Below are positions 27,461-38,934 of a DNA stretch of 64,000 nucleotides, piece by piece. Below the pieces are notes generated by a model. The model was not told the DNA's origin and searched no databases. It worked only from the letters and a program-made list of their open reading frames with translations. Each line of letters opens with the position of its first letter. The first letter of the stretch is position 1. The stretch is from a virus (Duplodnaviria; Heunggongvirae; Uroviricota; Caudoviricetes). The position numbers and the translations under genes are program-made. The DNA lies in the IMG/VR virus record IMGVR_UViG_2778261638_000005, positions 1-64,000 of that record; one strand, 5' to 3'.

Positions 27461-28463
27461 GGTAAACAGGGCTGGTAACGCCGTTCAAAAGACAGGCGAT
27501 ACCTTATCCGGTGGGCTTACTTTTGAAAACGACTCAATCCTTGCCTGGATTCGAAATACTGACTGGGCAAAGATTGGATTTAAAAATGATGCCGACAGCG
27601 ACACAGATTCATACATGTGGTTTGAAACAGGCGACAACGGCAATGAATATTTCAAATGGAGAAGCAAACAAAGCACCACAACAAAAGACCTGATGAATCT
27701 TAAATGGGATGCTTTGTCTGTTCTTGTTAAAGCCCTTTTCAGCAGTGAAGTAAAAATATCGACAGTCAATGCACTGAGGATATTTAATTCATCTTTTGGT
27801 GCCATTTTTCGCCGTTCTGAAGAATGCCTGCATATCATCCCTACACGAGAGAATGAGGGGGAAAATGGTGATATAGGGCCACTACGTCCCTTTACGCTTA
27901 ATCTCAGAACTGGCCGCATAACTATGGGGCATGGTCTGGATGTTACAGGAGATATAACAACTAACGCCTGGGTGTATGCAAACAGGTTTGCTATTAATAG
28001 TGGCTCAACCTCATGGATTGATATGCGAAACCAGAATGTCATTTTTGGTAGAAACGCAGTATCAACAAGTTCTGCGCAGGCTTTGTTAAGACAAGACCAT
28101 GCAGAACGCAAATTTTTTGTCGGTGGACTTGGTAACTACCAGTTTGGTTTTTACATGATTAATAACTCAAGGACAGCCAATGGCACCGATGGTCAGGCGT
28201 ACATGGATAATAACGGTAACTGGCTTTGTGGCTCGCAAGTTATTCCTGGCAACTATGGCAATTTTGATTCCAGATATGTGAGAGATGTTCGCCTGGGTAC
28301 GCGAGTTGTTCAATTGATGGCGCGTGGTGGTCGTTATGAAAAAGCCGGACACGCAATTACCGGATTAAGAATCATTGGTGAAGTAGATGGCGATGATGAA
28401 GCCATCTTCAGGCCAATACAAAAATACATCAATGGCACATGGTATAACGTCGCACAGGTGTAA
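27441..28463 (+). CDS. Alternative tail-fibre C-terminal segment (Sv'-like), promoterless in the present orientation
   Basis: Frame is open back through the gix site (starts NLGLQETVN, the same junction peptide found in the expressed fibre); ends ...INGTWYNVAQV like the expressed fibre. Confidence 0.7.
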   Translation, partial: NLGLQETVNRAGNAVQKTGDTLSGGLTFENDSILAWIRNTDWAKIGFKNDADSDTDSYMWFETGDNGNEYFKWRSKQSTTTKDLMNLKWDALSVLVKALFSSEVKISTVNALRIFNSSFGAIFRRSEECLHIIPTRENEGENGDIGPLRPFTLNLRTGRITMGHGLDVTGDITTNAWVYANRFAINSGSTSWIDMRNQNVIFGRNAVSTSSAQALLRQDHAERKFFVGGLGNYQFGFYMINNSRTANGTDGQAYMDNNGNWLCGSQVIPGNYGNFDSRYVRDVRLGTRVVQLMARGGRYEKAGHAITGLRIIGEVDGDDEAIFRPIQKYINGTWYNVAQV

Positions 28464-28994
28464 ATGATGCAGCATTTAAAAAATATTAAGTCTGGAAATC
28501 CTAAAACGAAAGAACAATATCAGCTAACAAAGAATTTTGATGTTATCTGGTTATGGTCCGAAGACGATAAAAACTGGTATGAGGAAGTGAAAAACTTTCA
28601 GCCAGACACAATAAAGATTGTTTACGATGCAAATAATATTATTGTCGCCATCACTAAAGATGCCTCCACGCTTAACCCTGAAGGTTTTAGCGTCGTTGAG
28701 GTTCCTGATATTACAGCCAACCGCCGCGCTGATGATTCAGGAAAGTGGATGTTTAAGGATGGAGCTGTAGTTAAACGGATTTATACGGCAGACGAACAGC
28801 AACAACAGGCCGAATCACAAAAGGCCGCATTGCTTTCCGAAGCTGAATCAGTCATCCAGCCGCTGGAACGCGCTGTCAGGCTGAATATGGCAACAGACGA
28901 GGAACGCACACGACTGGAAGCATGGGAACGCTACAGTGTTCTGGTCAGCCGTGTGGATACGGCAAATCCTGAATGGCCACAAAAGCCTGAATAA
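28464..28994 (+). CDS. Tail-fibre assembly protein (U'-like), 176 aa
   Basis: Paralog of 29023..29556 (shared motifs [36 protein letters not shown]). Confidence 0.75.
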   Translation: MMQHLKNIKSGNPKTKEQYQLTKNFDVIWLWSEDDKNWYEEVKNFQPDTIKIVYDANNIIVAITKDASTLNPEGFSVVEVPDITANRRADDSGKWMFKDGAVVKRIYTADEQQQQAESQKAALLSEAESVIQPLERAVRLNMATDEERTRLEAWERYSVLVSRVDTANPEWPQKPE

Positions 28995-28999
28995 AAATT

Positions 29000-29019
29000 A
29001 AGGCCCGCTATCGGGCCTT
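29000..29019. terminator. Bidirectional hairpin AAGGCCCG-CTAT-CGGGCCTT between convergent tail-fibre assembly genes
   Basis: 8-bp stem; A/T-rich flanks on both sides. Confidence 0.5.
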
Positions 29020-29022
29020 GTC

Positions 29023-29556
29023 TCATTCAGGTTGTTCGGGAAATGTTACTGGCAGGCTGGAGGTGTCTGTAGATTCGACTTTCTGCGCATAGAGCATCCA
29101 CTCAGTTAATTTTTGTTTATTCTCGTCGGAAATGATGCCCAGCCGTAGCTGTGAGTCCCATAGCTGGGTTTTATCCCTGACAAGTTGCAACAGGCTTTGT
29201 TTTTCATTCTCTGCCTGCTGCCTTTGTTCCTCCTCGGTATAAGTTCGCTTTATCACTACGCCATCTTTGAACATCCATTTACCCGAAATATCAGCCCGGC
29301 GATTTGCTGTAATATCAGGAACCTCAACGACGCTTGCGCCTTCTGGATTAATTGCTGAAACATCCTTTTCAATACAAATAATAACGTCGTTGTGGTCATA
29401 GACCATTTTCAACGTATCAGGCTGAAAGTTCTTTTGTTCCTCATACCAGTTTTTCCCATCCTCTGTATAAAGCCATTTGATGTTAAATTGTTTCGTTAGC
29501 TGGTATTGCTCTTTTGTTTTAGGGTTGCCAGCAGTAATGTTTTTTAAGTGCATCAT
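29023..29556 (-). CDS. Tail-fibre assembly protein (U-like), 177 aa
   Basis: Follows the expressed tail-fibre gene; paralog of the + strand copy. Confidence 0.8.
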   Translation of the reverse strand: MMHLKNITAGNPKTKEQYQLTKQFNIKWLYTEDGKNWYEEQKNFQPDTLKMVYDHNDVIICIEKDVSAINPEGASVVEVPDITANRRADISGKWMFKDGVVIKRTYTEEEQRQQAENEKQSLLQLVRDKTQLWDSQLRLGIISDENKQKLTEWMLYAQKVESTDTSSLPVTFPEQPE

Positions 29557-29558
29557 CG

Positions 29559-31019
29559 TTAAATACTCCCCGCGTTATACCACGTCCCATTAATGCAATA
29601 CTGAATTGGCCTTGCCTGAGTTGTATCAATTAATTCATCACGGTTTCCGTTAACTGAACCTGTAACGACATAACCTGACCTGTCAGACCAGCCGGGACCA
29701 TTCCATGTCTGAACAGATGACAGACCGCCCAGGCGAATACCTGTAATAAACCTTGAGTTACATTCTGCCTGCGTATATGCACCAACATCCCCCGCAGAGG
29801 GTTTGCGGGTTGTGGTGTAAAACTCTGACCAGTTAGCTTCAAAGCCATAACCATCACGCGCTGAACGATAAAAGATACCGCCGTTCTTATAATTCACGCG
29901 GAACTGTACAGCAGGGCAACTCCCCGCATTCATATTGAAGTGGAGGATTAATGTCGATGCGCCACTGATATCTGCATCATAAACGCCGCTATTCCAGTTC
30001 CAGCCAACAGCTTTATCATTTGCAACCCTGCTTCCTGTTTGCCCTAAAGCAAATGCAGGCTGCTGGTTTTTCGTGTTGTAGTCTCTTCGCCAGCCAGGAG
30101 CATAAGCATCACCATGATTAATATAAGTGAATTGAGCGTTAGTAATTCCGCCACCGCTGGACGTGCTCGGGGTGGTTACACGGATGGTCATGGCTCCTTT
30201 ATTACCCATAACCTCAATAACGCAACCTGCAAGATGAATAGTTCCACAGCCAGTATCGGTAATAATTTTATTATTGCCGTATGACCATGAACATTTGCAC
30301 ATCCAGTATGGGTGATTGAATGCCCCTTGAGAATCCAGCCATTCAATCAATTGTGCCGTCGTCCAGTTTCCTGCACCTGTGCTAATAGCACTGTGAAAAG
30401 CGCGACATGCACCAATATTTTTTGTGAAAGTATCTTTTCCTGGAATATCTGCGCCGTTCTGGTTTTTCTGTAATGCGCCAGAAGCCTGATTTACCGTTTC
30501 CTGTAAACCGACGTTTTGGATAAACAGCGGCTTATTGGGAATATCTGCTCCGTTCCGGTCTTTTGCCAGACGGGCATTGGCATTATCCATCGCAATTTTC
30601 ACCGCTTTTGCGGTGGCTGCCAGCGTTTCACTGGGGCTGTCAGTGGCACTGGTTAGCTGAACGAGTCCTTTTTTGTTCAGGCTGGCATCATAGATATCCA
30701 GATTTTCACGTGCTGTACGCTGTGCTGATGCCCCGGCAGTTTTAATTTCACTGAGGTTATTTTTTATCAGCAGCGCGTTATTGCTCATAATGGCTTTAAT
30801 GGACAGTGCAAGCTGGTTTAATTTTGTTTTATCCGGTTGAATACCGGCTTCTTCCAGCGTGTTTAATAACTCCGCCTGCACAATATTAAACCAGTCCATG
30901 CCGGGCCATGTGATAACATTATTCCCGTCACCTTCTGAAAACCAGCGAACGATAGCACTACGCTGGGCGGATACGGGCGGCATGACGGTTACGCCGCTGT
31001 CGTTATCAATATAAAACAT
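29559..31019 (-). CDS. Tail fibre protein (S-like), 486 aa; constant N-terminus outside and variable C-terminus inside the invertible segment
   Basis: gix site lies in codons for GLQETVN at 30496..30523; repeated NGADIP(N/G)K motifs. Confidence 0.8.
   Translation of the reverse strand: MFYIDNDSGVTVMPPVSAQRSAIVRWFSEGDGNNVITWPGMDWFNIVQAELLNTLEEAGIQPDKTKLNQLALSIKAIMSNNALLIKNNLSEIKTAGASAQRTARENLDIYDASLNKKGLVQLTSATDSPSETLAATAKAVKIAMDNANARLAKDRNGADIPNKPLFIQNVGLQETVNQASGALQKNQNGADIPGKDTFTKNIGACRAFHSAISTGAGNWTTAQLIEWLDSQGAFNHPYWMCKCSWSYGNNKIITDTGCGTIHLAGCVIEVMGNKGAMTIRVTTPSTSSGGGITNAQFTYINHGDAYAPGWRRDYNTKNQQPAFALGQTGSRVANDKAVGWNWNSGVYDADISGASTLILHFNMNAGSCPAVQFRVNYKNGGIFYRSARDGYGFEANWSEFYTTTRKPSAGDVGAYTQAECNSRFITGIRLGGLSSVQTWNGPGWSDRSGYVVTGSVNGNRDELIDTTQARPIQYCINGTWYNAGSI
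30496..30523. repeat. gix-type recombination site (right inverted repeat) inside the tail-fibre gene
   Basis: GTTTCCTGTAAACCGACGTTTTGGATAA, inverted copy of 27433..27460. Confidence 0.8.
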
Positions 31020-31561
31020 TAGTTATCTCCGTCATGGTAAACAAATTTATAAATCTGATGTGCGGGTTTATATTTCTCCAGTAAACATTCCAGCGCACCC
31101 GATTCATAAACACGTAACGGCGTCAGAACATTATCCAGCACCGTTGCGTTGCGATAATTTTTAATACCGTAAATATTGACCTGCGTAACCCACTGGCCTT
31201 CTGTGGAATCCGTCAGCCTGACGGTAAAACCGTACTGTGCAGCCAGCCATTCATAAAAGCGCCGACTCAGATTGCCGGTCATACGCATTTTATTCGCGGC
31301 AGCCCGCTGGCGTTCGGACAAGGTGCCGTTTTCGCTGGTACAGTCCGGCAACCCCAGAAATGATTCCCACTCCCCCAGATACCAGCGGGATGTGGACGGG
31401 AAACGCTCCCGCAGCATTTGCCGCGCATCATCCGCCGCAGTGGCAATCACGTCGCTGATGGCCTGCGCCAGCGCAGATAATTTGCTGTCGGGGCTTTTAT
31501 TCCAGGCAAGCCCTGACGGCAGTAATTGCAGAAAGGCCGTCTGATAGGGTGTTACAGCCAT
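31019..31561 (-). CDS. Mu gp48-like tail protein (180 aa)
   Basis: Position between baseplate J and fibre; family resemblance to YmfQ/gp48 (recollection). Confidence 0.6.
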   Translation of the reverse strand: MAVTPYQTAFLQLLPSGLAWNKSPDSKLSALAQAISDVIATAADDARQMLRERFPSTSRWYLGEWESFLGLPDCTSENGTLSERQRAAANKMRMTGNLSRRFYEWLAAQYGFTVRLTDSTEGQWVTQVNIYGIKNYRNATVLDNVLTPLRVYESGALECLLEKYKPAHQIYKFVYHDGDN

Positions 31562-32634
31562 TCAATTGTCCCCGGTGTTAACAGTTCCGTATTCTCCGAA
31601 CGCTGGATCTCTGTCGGGAAACGCACTTCAAAATCATCCAGACCGGTAACACCTGCCACCGCACGGATAATACGGGAGGGGGCAAGTGCGCCGCCCGGCG
31701 TCACCTCATTAAAAAACATGGTATTAATGGCGTGGGTAATAGCCTGTTTCAGTTCGGCTGTCTTCGGTGATATATAAATCCGTGGATTTACCGGCTTTGC
31801 CTTTGGCGCAAATACAGTGACATTTACACCGTCAGGCTGTCCGACAATCAGACCGGTGATCGGGTCAGTATGACCGGCGATATAATCTGCCACGCGTTCC
31901 ACGTCTGCCGGTTGTGGAAAAATATTGCTCCGGTTATCCATAACAAACGTCACCCCGACTGTGCCACCGCCTTTCCATGTCGGAAAACACCAGGCACGGG
32001 TAACGCCGCTGACTTCACGTGCCCAGCGGACGTAATCAAACTGATTACCGCCGAACGGAGGATACTGGACACGATATTCCAGCCGTGACAGCAGCTCCGC
32101 TGCACTCTCAATATCAGCCCCACCGGAAAACCCTTTTACAGTGATGGCATCGGAAACAACACAGGCAACCGGGGTGATCAACGTTAAAAGGGTATTCTCA
32201 CCGGTATTTCCTGCTTCACCGGCAGCCAGTGCGGTAACGGTAATTTCCGTCGTTCCTGCACGGTCAATCACAATGGCATCAGCCAGGCTGTAAACCACAC
32301 CATCAGCACGCTGCCAGCGTGTACCGGCAGGAATGGTGGTCGCTGCCGATGTGGTGACAGTCAGCGGGCCGCTGGCGGCTGTCGCCTGTTTGCGGCGCAC
32401 GCCCCAGAACCGGCAGTGCTCCAGCAACTCATCTTCATCTGCTGTCGACGGGATAATCTGCCGTCCAACCCATGAAATATGCTCGTGACAACCGGCAGCA
32501 AGGCCCGCCTGAGCATAAGCAATGGCACTCAGCGTTTTTTCACGGGCCTGAGGCCAGCTACCCGGCAGGCGCTGTTCAATATTCTGTTCTGTACGGGCAA
32601 TCAGCGATGATAATGTCGGTGGTGAATAAGCCAT
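31552..32634 (-). CDS. Baseplate J-like protein (Mu gp47-like), 360 aa
   Basis: Size and position in Mu-type baseplate cluster. Confidence 0.7.
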   Translation of the reverse strand: MAYSPPTLSSLIARTEQNIEQRLPGSWPQAREKTLSAIAYAQAGLAAGCHEHISWVGRQIIPSTADEDELLEHCRFWGVRRKQATAASGPLTVTTSAATTIPAGTRWQRADGVVYSLADAIVIDRAGTTEITVTALAAGEAGNTGENTLLTLITPVACVVSDAITVKGFSGGADIESAAELLSRLEYRVQYPPFGGNQFDYVRWAREVSGVTRAWCFPTWKGGGTVGVTFVMDNRSNIFPQPADVERVADYIAGHTDPITGLIVGQPDGVNVTVFAPKAKPVNPRIYISPKTAELKQAITHAINTMFFNEVTPGGALAPSRIIRAVAGVTGLDDFEVRFPTEIQRSENTELLTPGTIEWL

Positions 32635-33072
32635 TTAAACCCCGTTAAATGCTGCTTTAAACTCATAAGGAATAACGGAACCATCCGGTAATGTCAGTGC
32701 AATGTAGAGGTATAACCAGCCCTGATGTAACTGTTCCGCTCTGATGTTAATCGCACTTACCCGGCCCGCTGTTTTCAGCCATTCCAGCGCCTCTTCGGCA
32801 TACCCTCTGGCGCGTTCCAGCGTATCCGGTGTGGCTTTTTCACGTGATAACAGCCATAACCGCGAACCGATGGGGCGGTCGCGGTAACTGTCACCCCACC
32901 ATCCACGGCGATCATCTGAACCATCCGGCAGCGTGTCAGAATCCAGCGCGCGCCGGTCTGTAAACAGGGAGATTGTCACATCGGTTGTCAGGCTGTCGTC
33001 GGTCAGCATATCAATGCCATCCTGTGCAATATCGCCGCGTCCGTTCGTCCAGATAATGGCTAAATCGGTCAT
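32635..33072 (-). CDS. Baseplate wedge protein (gp25/W-like; Mu gp46-like), 145 aa
   Basis: Size and position. Confidence 0.6.
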   Translation of the reverse strand: MTDLAIIWTNGRGDIAQDGIDMLTDDSLTTDVTISLFTDRRALDSDTLPDGSDDRRGWWGDSYRDRPIGSRLWLLSREKATPDTLERARGYAEEALEWLKTAGRVSAINIRAEQLHQGWLYLYIALTLPDGSVIPYEFKAAFNGV

Positions 33073-33662
33073 TGCATTGGCCCCGTGGTTCCGCCGCTGT
33101 CGCCACGGTGGATATGCTTATCCGTCGATTTGCCATTGATGATGGCATCCGGGGCAGTAATATTGCTGTCGAACTGGCTTTTACCTTTAACGCCCAGACC
33201 TTTCTGGATCTCAACGTCGCCGGTAAACGTGGTTCTGGGTGTGTCAACGGTCATACTTTCATCAGCGTAAACCTCAACCGTTTTACAGGTAATGATGCAG
33301 CGTCCGTCCTTTGTCAGCCTGATACGATGCCCCTCGTGGTGGTAAATGCCTGCATCACCCGGTTCAAGATTTGTCGGGCGGTAGCGGCGGTCTTCCACCA
33401 CAACGGCAATCCCCTGATCACGTTGTGCGCCTACACAGGCAATCAGCGCCTCTGCGCCCGGCAGGGGAACGCTGAAATGCCCGTAATTTTGCAGGCGCTC
33501 CACTTCATCAGATTCCTCATCATCCAGCAGGCCGACCTGCAGGTTCTGAACCTTTCGCCCGTCGTTAATCACGTTAACAACAGCGCGCGCAAGCATCAGG
33601 CGCACACGACGCATCAGCGGCGTCAGCAGGCGGTTCAGGGCGGAATCATTTACTCTTTCCAC
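33069..33662 (-). CDS. Baseplate assembly/spike protein V-like (Mu gp45-like), 197 aa
   Basis: Size and position. Confidence 0.6.
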   Translation of the reverse strand: MERVNDSALNRLLTPLMRRVRLMLARAVVNVINDGRKVQNLQVGLLDDEESDEVERLQNYGHFSVPLPGAEALIACVGAQRDQGIAVVVEDRRYRPTNLEPGDAGIYHHEGHRIRLTKDGRCIITCKTVEVYADESMTVDTPRTTFTGDVEIQKGLGVKGKSQFDSNITAPDAIINGKSTDKHIHRGDSGGTTGPMQ

Positions 33663-34789
33663 GGCGGCGTTTTCTCCGGGTGTCTGCGATAATAATCTTC
33701 AACCAGCGCATCAATACCGCCGTTACTGTCGCCGCCTTTCCTGTTTTTACGGTCGCTTTCAACCGGCACCAGAAAGCCTTCGCGTGGTGCAAGGCTGACG
33801 CGGGTTTTCAGCCCGTCCTGGTCATTCAGTATCAGGGTGACTTTGCTGACCAGTAATTCCGTGGTTTTGATGGCATATTTCGAGGCATCAATAGTGACCA
33901 GCAGGTTCGGCATCCAGAGTTGCCCGTCCTTGCGAGTCCATCCGTCAATTTCAGCCTCAAAGGTGATGGATTTTGCCAGTCTGCGGCGTTGCTCACGCAG
34001 GGCGCGGGCCTGTGCATCCTTCGCCGTAATTTTGCTGTCAGCAATGATGATCATCGGTCTGTAACGGGTTACATCACTGTCAGTGGCGGTCCCTTTCCGG
34101 GAGACGATACTTTTCGCATCAATATCATCACCCTCAGCACCGTTTGCGCGGGCATACCCCTTGACGGTGTATTCGCTGAACCGGTCGCGGAAGTCTTCCT
34201 CAAAATCCAGTGTCAGCAGATTTTCTCCGAGAACCAGCTCATCAGTGGCTGTGCTGGCAGCCCGGCTGAATACCAGCTCTCCTGCGGCATTGCTGGTCAT
34301 CAGTACACCGCGTGCGCGGGAGGCACGCACCAGCGCCTCATAAACGGTTTCTGAATGGTCCAGCGTGAAGCCGGGAAAAGCTGCCGAACTTTCCTTATCG
34401 GAAAGCTCCCAGCGAACGGTAACGCCATAAGGAGCGCACAGGTCACGCGCAATCTGCTCCAGTGTGCGGTTTTTCCACTGTCCGCCACTGTAAACGGCAG
34501 CACAGTCAATCAGGTCAGCCGTTTTGTCACGTCCGGCGATAGTGATTTTCATGCTGTCAGCGGTCATCTGGCGTCGCCGCGAATCGATATAACCGGTGCA
34601 GACAATCTGCCCGTCGATTTCCAGCGTGAACGCCTTCCCCGGTGCCAGCCCGGATAAATCTGTACCCGGTGGCACATTCACCCCCAGCTCAAAATATCCG
34701 GCTACGGATTCAATGGAGCGGGTGACAGAGACTGACGTCCAGCCGGTAAAAAGCCTGCCATCCGTTCGCAGCGTGACGGTATTACTCAT
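33650..34789 (-). CDS. Baseplate hub / late control D-like tail protein (Mu gp44-like), 379 aa
   Basis: Size and position after DNA-circularisation-protein gene. Confidence 0.65.
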   Translation of the reverse strand: MSNTVTLRTDGRLFTGWTSVSVTRSIESVAGYFELGVNVPPGTDLSGLAPGKAFTLEIDGQIVCTGYIDSRRRQMTADSMKITIAGRDKTADLIDCAAVYSGGQWKNRTLEQIARDLCAPYGVTVRWELSDKESSAAFPGFTLDHSETVYEALVRASRARGVLMTSNAAGELVFSRAASTATDELVLGENLLTLDFEEDFRDRFSEYTVKGYARANGAEGDDIDAKSIVSRKGTATDSDVTRYRPMIIIADSKITAKDAQARALREQRRRLAKSITFEAEIDGWTRKDGQLWMPNLLVTIDASKYAIKTTELLVSKVTLILNDQDGLKTRVSLAPREGFLVPVESDRKNRKGGDSNGGIDALVEDYYRRHPEKTPPWKE

Positions 34790-36269
34790 TAATCACCTCA
34801 ATACTGACACCACCGGGAACAAACAACGGGTTGCTGATACCGTTCCTGCGGGCCAGCCGTTGCCAGTTCCGGCTGTTTCCTGTGTAACGGTACAGAGCCA
34901 CCATTGCAGGCATCGTCTCCGGCAGGCGGTGCGTTTCACTGCCCGCCAGTTGCAGCCCGCGTTTTTCCAGGTCGGCAACAACCAGCAGACGCAGTTGCGT
35001 AAGCTGAACGCTGTCTGTCGAAAAGCCCTGCTCAGATGCCGTCAGAATGACGGTATCCAGCGCTGCCCCCAGCATGGTGGCTGTTTTTCCGATATCGGAC
35101 ACACTTTCAAATACCGGGGGCGTGGCTGTACCACTGTCTGAAAAGGATACCTGTGAAAAGCCGCCGTCCGGGGTTATGGCAGTTAACTGTAACTGTCCCT
35201 GTGTGACGGTAGCAGATGTGCTGCTGGCCCCGCTGGCTGTGCCGGTTGTGGTGGACGGAGCATCCAGTACAGGTGCACGGGCGGCATTATCCATCCGGCG
35301 ACTGAAATCCAGTGCCGCAGTCAGTGCCTGGCTTGCTGCCTCCGCCCGGTATGTCTGCGCCGCTGCCAGCATGACGTAGTTCAGTGTGGCAATATTTTTT
35401 TCTGCAACCGGACTGTTGTACGAGGTTGTGATTGTCCCCTGTCTGCCTGTGGTGGCGGCATGGCGACGTTCGAATCGCTGCGCCAGACGGTTCCAGGTGG
35501 AAAATGCTGTCCGGGTATCGCATAACGATGAAACGCCGGACAGCGCCCCCATCAGCGAGGAGGCCAGCATGGCAGGCTGGTTAATCAGGCTGGTCACAGA
35601 GCCTTTCATCGCAGAAAGCGATCCCATCAGACCGCTGACAGTCTGCGTAACCCCCAGATTGTCCACCGCATCACTGATATCATCGATGACACCGGTTACA
35701 GCTTCCATCACGGCGGTTGCCGCCGCAGTGCCATCTTTTACGGTCTGCCAGACAGAGGACAGCGTATCTCCCAGAGAACCGGTTACAGCAACGGCCTGTG
35801 CCGGTACGGCTGCACTGGTGTCTGTCTCTGAGTCCGGGGCAGTATCCTGCAACGACGGATAAACGGTAACGGTGAACGCGTAATAATTCAGTTCATCCGC
35901 TTTAGTGCGGCATTCCCATGAATCCACCATGACGTCCACAGTGCCGAAATCAGGATGTACCAGCTCACCGCTACCCGGAGCATCAAGAGCATCCATCAGC
36001 GCACCCGCTTCATCTCTGGCTGTTTCTGCGTTGCTGTTCAGAATGCAGGCGCTGAATGTACGGGAGCGAAGCTTTTTCCCCAGGTCATTGACGCCGCCGG
36101 TATCACGTAACGGGTACTCGCGTTTAACCAGGCGACGTCCGCCAGCCTGTTTTTGCTCCTCGATGACGAGAAACGGCACGTTACGAAACGTGCCTTTGCC
36201 GGTTGTTTTCTTACCACCGCTGATTTTATCCCGGACAGCATTAACGGCATTTAAAGCATCTTCAAACAT
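34782..36269 (-). CDS. DNA circularisation protein N-like (Mu gp43-like), 495 aa
   Basis: Position after tape measure; Ala/Thr-rich middle typical of the family. Confidence 0.65.
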   Translation of the reverse strand: MFEDALNAVNAVRDKISGGKKTTGKGTFRNVPFLVIEEQKQAGGRRLVKREYPLRDTGGVNDLGKKLRSRTFSACILNSNAETARDEAGALMDALDAPGSGELVHPDFGTVDVMVDSWECRTKADELNYYAFTVTVYPSLQDTAPDSETDTSAAVPAQAVAVTGSLGDTLSSVWQTVKDGTAAATAVMEAVTGVIDDISDAVDNLGVTQTVSGLMGSLSAMKGSVTSLINQPAMLASSLMGALSGVSSLCDTRTAFSTWNRLAQRFERRHAATTGRQGTITTSYNSPVAEKNIATLNYVMLAAAQTYRAEAASQALTAALDFSRRMDNAARAPVLDAPSTTTGTASGASSTSATVTQGQLQLTAITPDGGFSQVSFSDSGTATPPVFESVSDIGKTATMLGAALDTVILTASEQGFSTDSVQLTQLRLLVVADLEKRGLQLAGSETHRLPETMPAMVALYRYTGNSRNWQRLARRNGISNPLFVPGGVSIEVINE

Positions 36270-36273
36270 GGTT

Positions 36274-38346
36274 TTACCAGCCTGTAATGTAGTTATCGCC
36301 CGCGTAAATATTCAGCCCCATACCGTCCTCGGTGACGCGGGAACTGGTCAGACGTAACCCCTCGCCAAGTTCGACGCGCAGCGAGGCTTCCGCATTCACT
36401 TTTTGTTCCTGCGGTTCCTTATCCGGGGCCGTCCATTTCTGATACAGGTCGGTTACAAAACCGCCCAGATACTCCCCGGCGACACTGCCCAGCGTGGCAC
36501 CGGCAACCGTACCCAGCGGTCCGGCAAGGCTGCCAACGGCACCGCCGAGCCATGCACCGGCTGTACTGCCAATTGCGCCTGCTTTTTCATGGGTTGACGC
36601 CTGCTCATCCATCAGGACGGGGGCAAGCTGGAGTGCCCCCATTACCGGGCCACCCAGACGTGACAACGCACGACCGGCACCTTTCCCCATCCAGCCCAGC
36701 GCCCCGGCACCTTTTGTCACAACCCGACCGATCGCACTGCCTGCAAGTTTGTTTCCGATACCGGAAAACCACCCGCCAACAGCACGCCCGGCATCAGCCA
36801 GCTTTCCGACCGTTCCCGTAACCAGTTGCCCGGCAGCACTGCCTGCAAGCCTGCTCAGAAGACCGGATTTACCGGGTAAAGGTAATGGTGCAGGCCGTGC
36901 TGTTACCGGTACGCCGGGTGGGGGTAATGCCAGTACAGGGCGTGGTGCAGGTAATGCCAGCGGCTGTGGCCCGGACAGCAATAACGGCTGGCGGGGTAAC
37001 AGCGGGGCCATTCTTCCGCCGCTCCGTCCGCGACGACCGCCGCCACTCCCGTAGCCACCAAATCCACGGGGCCAGTTGATGACAAACACACGCTGAATGC
37101 CAATACCCTGCAACAGCGTCTCAGACGTCATGGCATCCGGGACCGGCAGACCTGCCTGCCCACGTTTGCGGTTTCGCATCCAGCGCCACATACGACGCCC
37201 GGTTTTAAACGGATAACTGGCAACCTGCCATGAGGGTTTTGCCACGGCCCAGCCTGCTCTCAGGGCTTTATTGGCAAGCCAGACAGACACCAGAACAGCA
37301 GCCAGTTTTTTCAGGCTGACAATATTCTGGTCAACCCATGCCAGCGCATCTTTACCCGGTTTCAGCCAGCGCCATAATTCCTGCGCCGCGATTTTTACCG
37401 TTCTGAACGTGGTCAGAAATTTCTGACCAATGTTTTCTGCCAGTGCATCAAGTTCCCCGGATTTATCCGCCATGTCGTGCCAGTTAAGCACCCGGCGCAT
37501 CTCGTTCTTGATTTCTTCAAAGGGGCCGCTGTTTGCCACCTTTATGCGAAATTCAAGCAGGTTGGCTTCCATCTGGGCGAACATCCCGTCCCAGGAGTTC
37601 ATCGCACTGGCCTGTGCACCTTTTGACTGTTCTGACAGCGTACTGAATACCGTCAGAATGGATTTCATGCCCAGCTTGCCCTTTGTACCCAGATCACGGA
37701 TTTTTTTAACGTCCGTTCCCGTTGCATCCGCCAGCGCCTGATAAACGTTGATACCGTAACCGGTCAGCAGGTTGGCATCCGCCGCTGTGATTTGCTGGCG
37801 GGCAAACATCTGTTTCAGTTGCAGTGAGGCACCCTGTGCAGTGGGTAAATCCCAGCCGTGCATGGCCCCCTGATCCTGCAACATGGTGATGAACTGTTTC
37901 GTCTGTTCATCCGTCATGCCGAAGCCTTTCGACGAACGGATCTCATCAAGAACACCACTCAGCCCCCACGTGGTGTCCTTCGCGTTCTGCTTCGCCCAGG
38001 CCATCATGGCCTGCGCTCTGACCTTATCGCCGTGATACAGCGAGTTCATGGCGATGATCTGCTGCTCACGCTGGGCGGCTGCACCAATAAACAGTTTATT
38101 GGCGGTGTAACCCACGCCAGCGATACCCAGCGCCCCGGCTGACAGCATTCGGAATGTACGGGTTGACAGTGAACCCATTCTGTCAATGGCACCAGAAACG
38201 CGCACAACCTCCATACGCAGGGCACGAAGGGAACTTTGCCCGCTACGGGACAGGGCGTTTATCTGGTTCGAATACTGGCGGGAACGCCGGGAAAGATTGC
38301 CATTAAGATCAATAATGACAGACGCCTTTAAGCGTTTCCCGGTCAT
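36274..38346 (-). CDS. Tail tape measure protein (690 aa)
   Basis: Long helical N-half, Gly/Ala/Pro-rich C-half; between tail chaperone and baseplate genes. Confidence 0.7.
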   Translation of the reverse strand: MTGKRLKASVIIDLNGNLSRRSRQYSNQINALSRSGQSSLRALRMEVVRVSGAIDRMGSLSTRTFRMLSAGALGIAGVGYTANKLFIGAAAQREQQIIAMNSLYHGDKVRAQAMMAWAKQNAKDTTWGLSGVLDEIRSSKGFGMTDEQTKQFITMLQDQGAMHGWDLPTAQGASLQLKQMFARQQITAADANLLTGYGINVYQALADATGTDVKKIRDLGTKGKLGMKSILTVFSTLSEQSKGAQASAMNSWDGMFAQMEANLLEFRIKVANSGPFEEIKNEMRRVLNWHDMADKSGELDALAENIGQKFLTTFRTVKIAAQELWRWLKPGKDALAWVDQNIVSLKKLAAVLVSVWLANKALRAGWAVAKPSWQVASYPFKTGRRMWRWMRNRKRGQAGLPVPDAMTSETLLQGIGIQRVFVINWPRGFGGYGSGGGRRGRSGGRMAPLLPRQPLLLSGPQPLALPAPRPVLALPPPGVPVTARPAPLPLPGKSGLLSRLAGSAAGQLVTGTVGKLADAGRAVGGWFSGIGNKLAGSAIGRVVTKGAGALGWMGKGAGRALSRLGGPVMGALQLAPVLMDEQASTHEKAGAIGSTAGAWLGGAVGSLAGPLGTVAGATLGSVAGEYLGGFVTDLYQKWTAPDKEPQEQKVNAEASLRVELGEGLRLTSSRVTEDGMGLNIYAGDNYITGW

Positions 38347-38490
38347 AGAGATTTCCTGATTTAACGGTGATATTGAGAGAGGGTTTTAGCCTGCTGGCAG
38401 TGCCGGAAAAAGCGGGACAGCGGGAGAGACAAGGCCCATTCCGGGCCACTTTTCAGAATAACGCCAATCGCTGTCGCCGCTTTCTCAATA

Positions 38491-38925
38491 TCATTCCGGC
38501 ACCGCAGCCACTCGCCCCCGTTCTTGTGTCAGCGATGCTGCCACAGCCATGTCGTACATTTCTGTAGCCAGCGACAGACGCTGGAAGTCATCAACAGACA
38601 GCTTGCGCATCAGCGCCAGCGATAACGGGCCTTTGATGCAACCCACGCTGGCAATCTGTCGGCGCAGCATTTCCAGTCCCATCCGGGACGGGGAACTGAC
38701 CAGCACCGGGCCTTCCTTGCTCATTACCAGCTTTTCAGCAGCCGCCTGGGCATCAATCAGATCGCCTGCGGTCAGTTCACGCAGCGTCACGTCATACTGC
38801 ATTTCAGTCTCGTCACCGGTGCCGAACGGCAGGCCGTCTTTCAGTTTCAGCACGCCGGACTGAATTTCTGCCACAATGCTGTCATGCAGTTCCTGTGCTT
38901 CAGGACCTAAATTCATTTCGTCCAT
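38491..38925 (-). CDS. Tail assembly chaperone-like protein (Mu gp41-like), 144 aa
   Basis: Position between tube and tape-measure genes. Confidence 0.5.
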   Translation of the reverse strand: MDEMNLGPEAQELHDSIVAEIQSGVLKLKDGLPFGTGDETEMQYDVTLRELTAGDLIDAQAAAEKLVMSKEGPVLVSSPSRMGLEMLRRQIASVGCIKGPLSLALMRKLSVDDFQRLSLATEMYDMAVAASLTQERGRVAAVPE

Positions 38926-38934
38926 TGTTTCCCC

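Larger units (their letters stand above)
27461..30495. other. Invertible G-segment-like cassette (about 3.0 kb) encoding two alternative fibre C-termini and two tail-fibre assembly genes
   Basis: Bounded by inverted gix sites; gin adjacent; convergent gene pairs inside. Confidence 0.8.
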
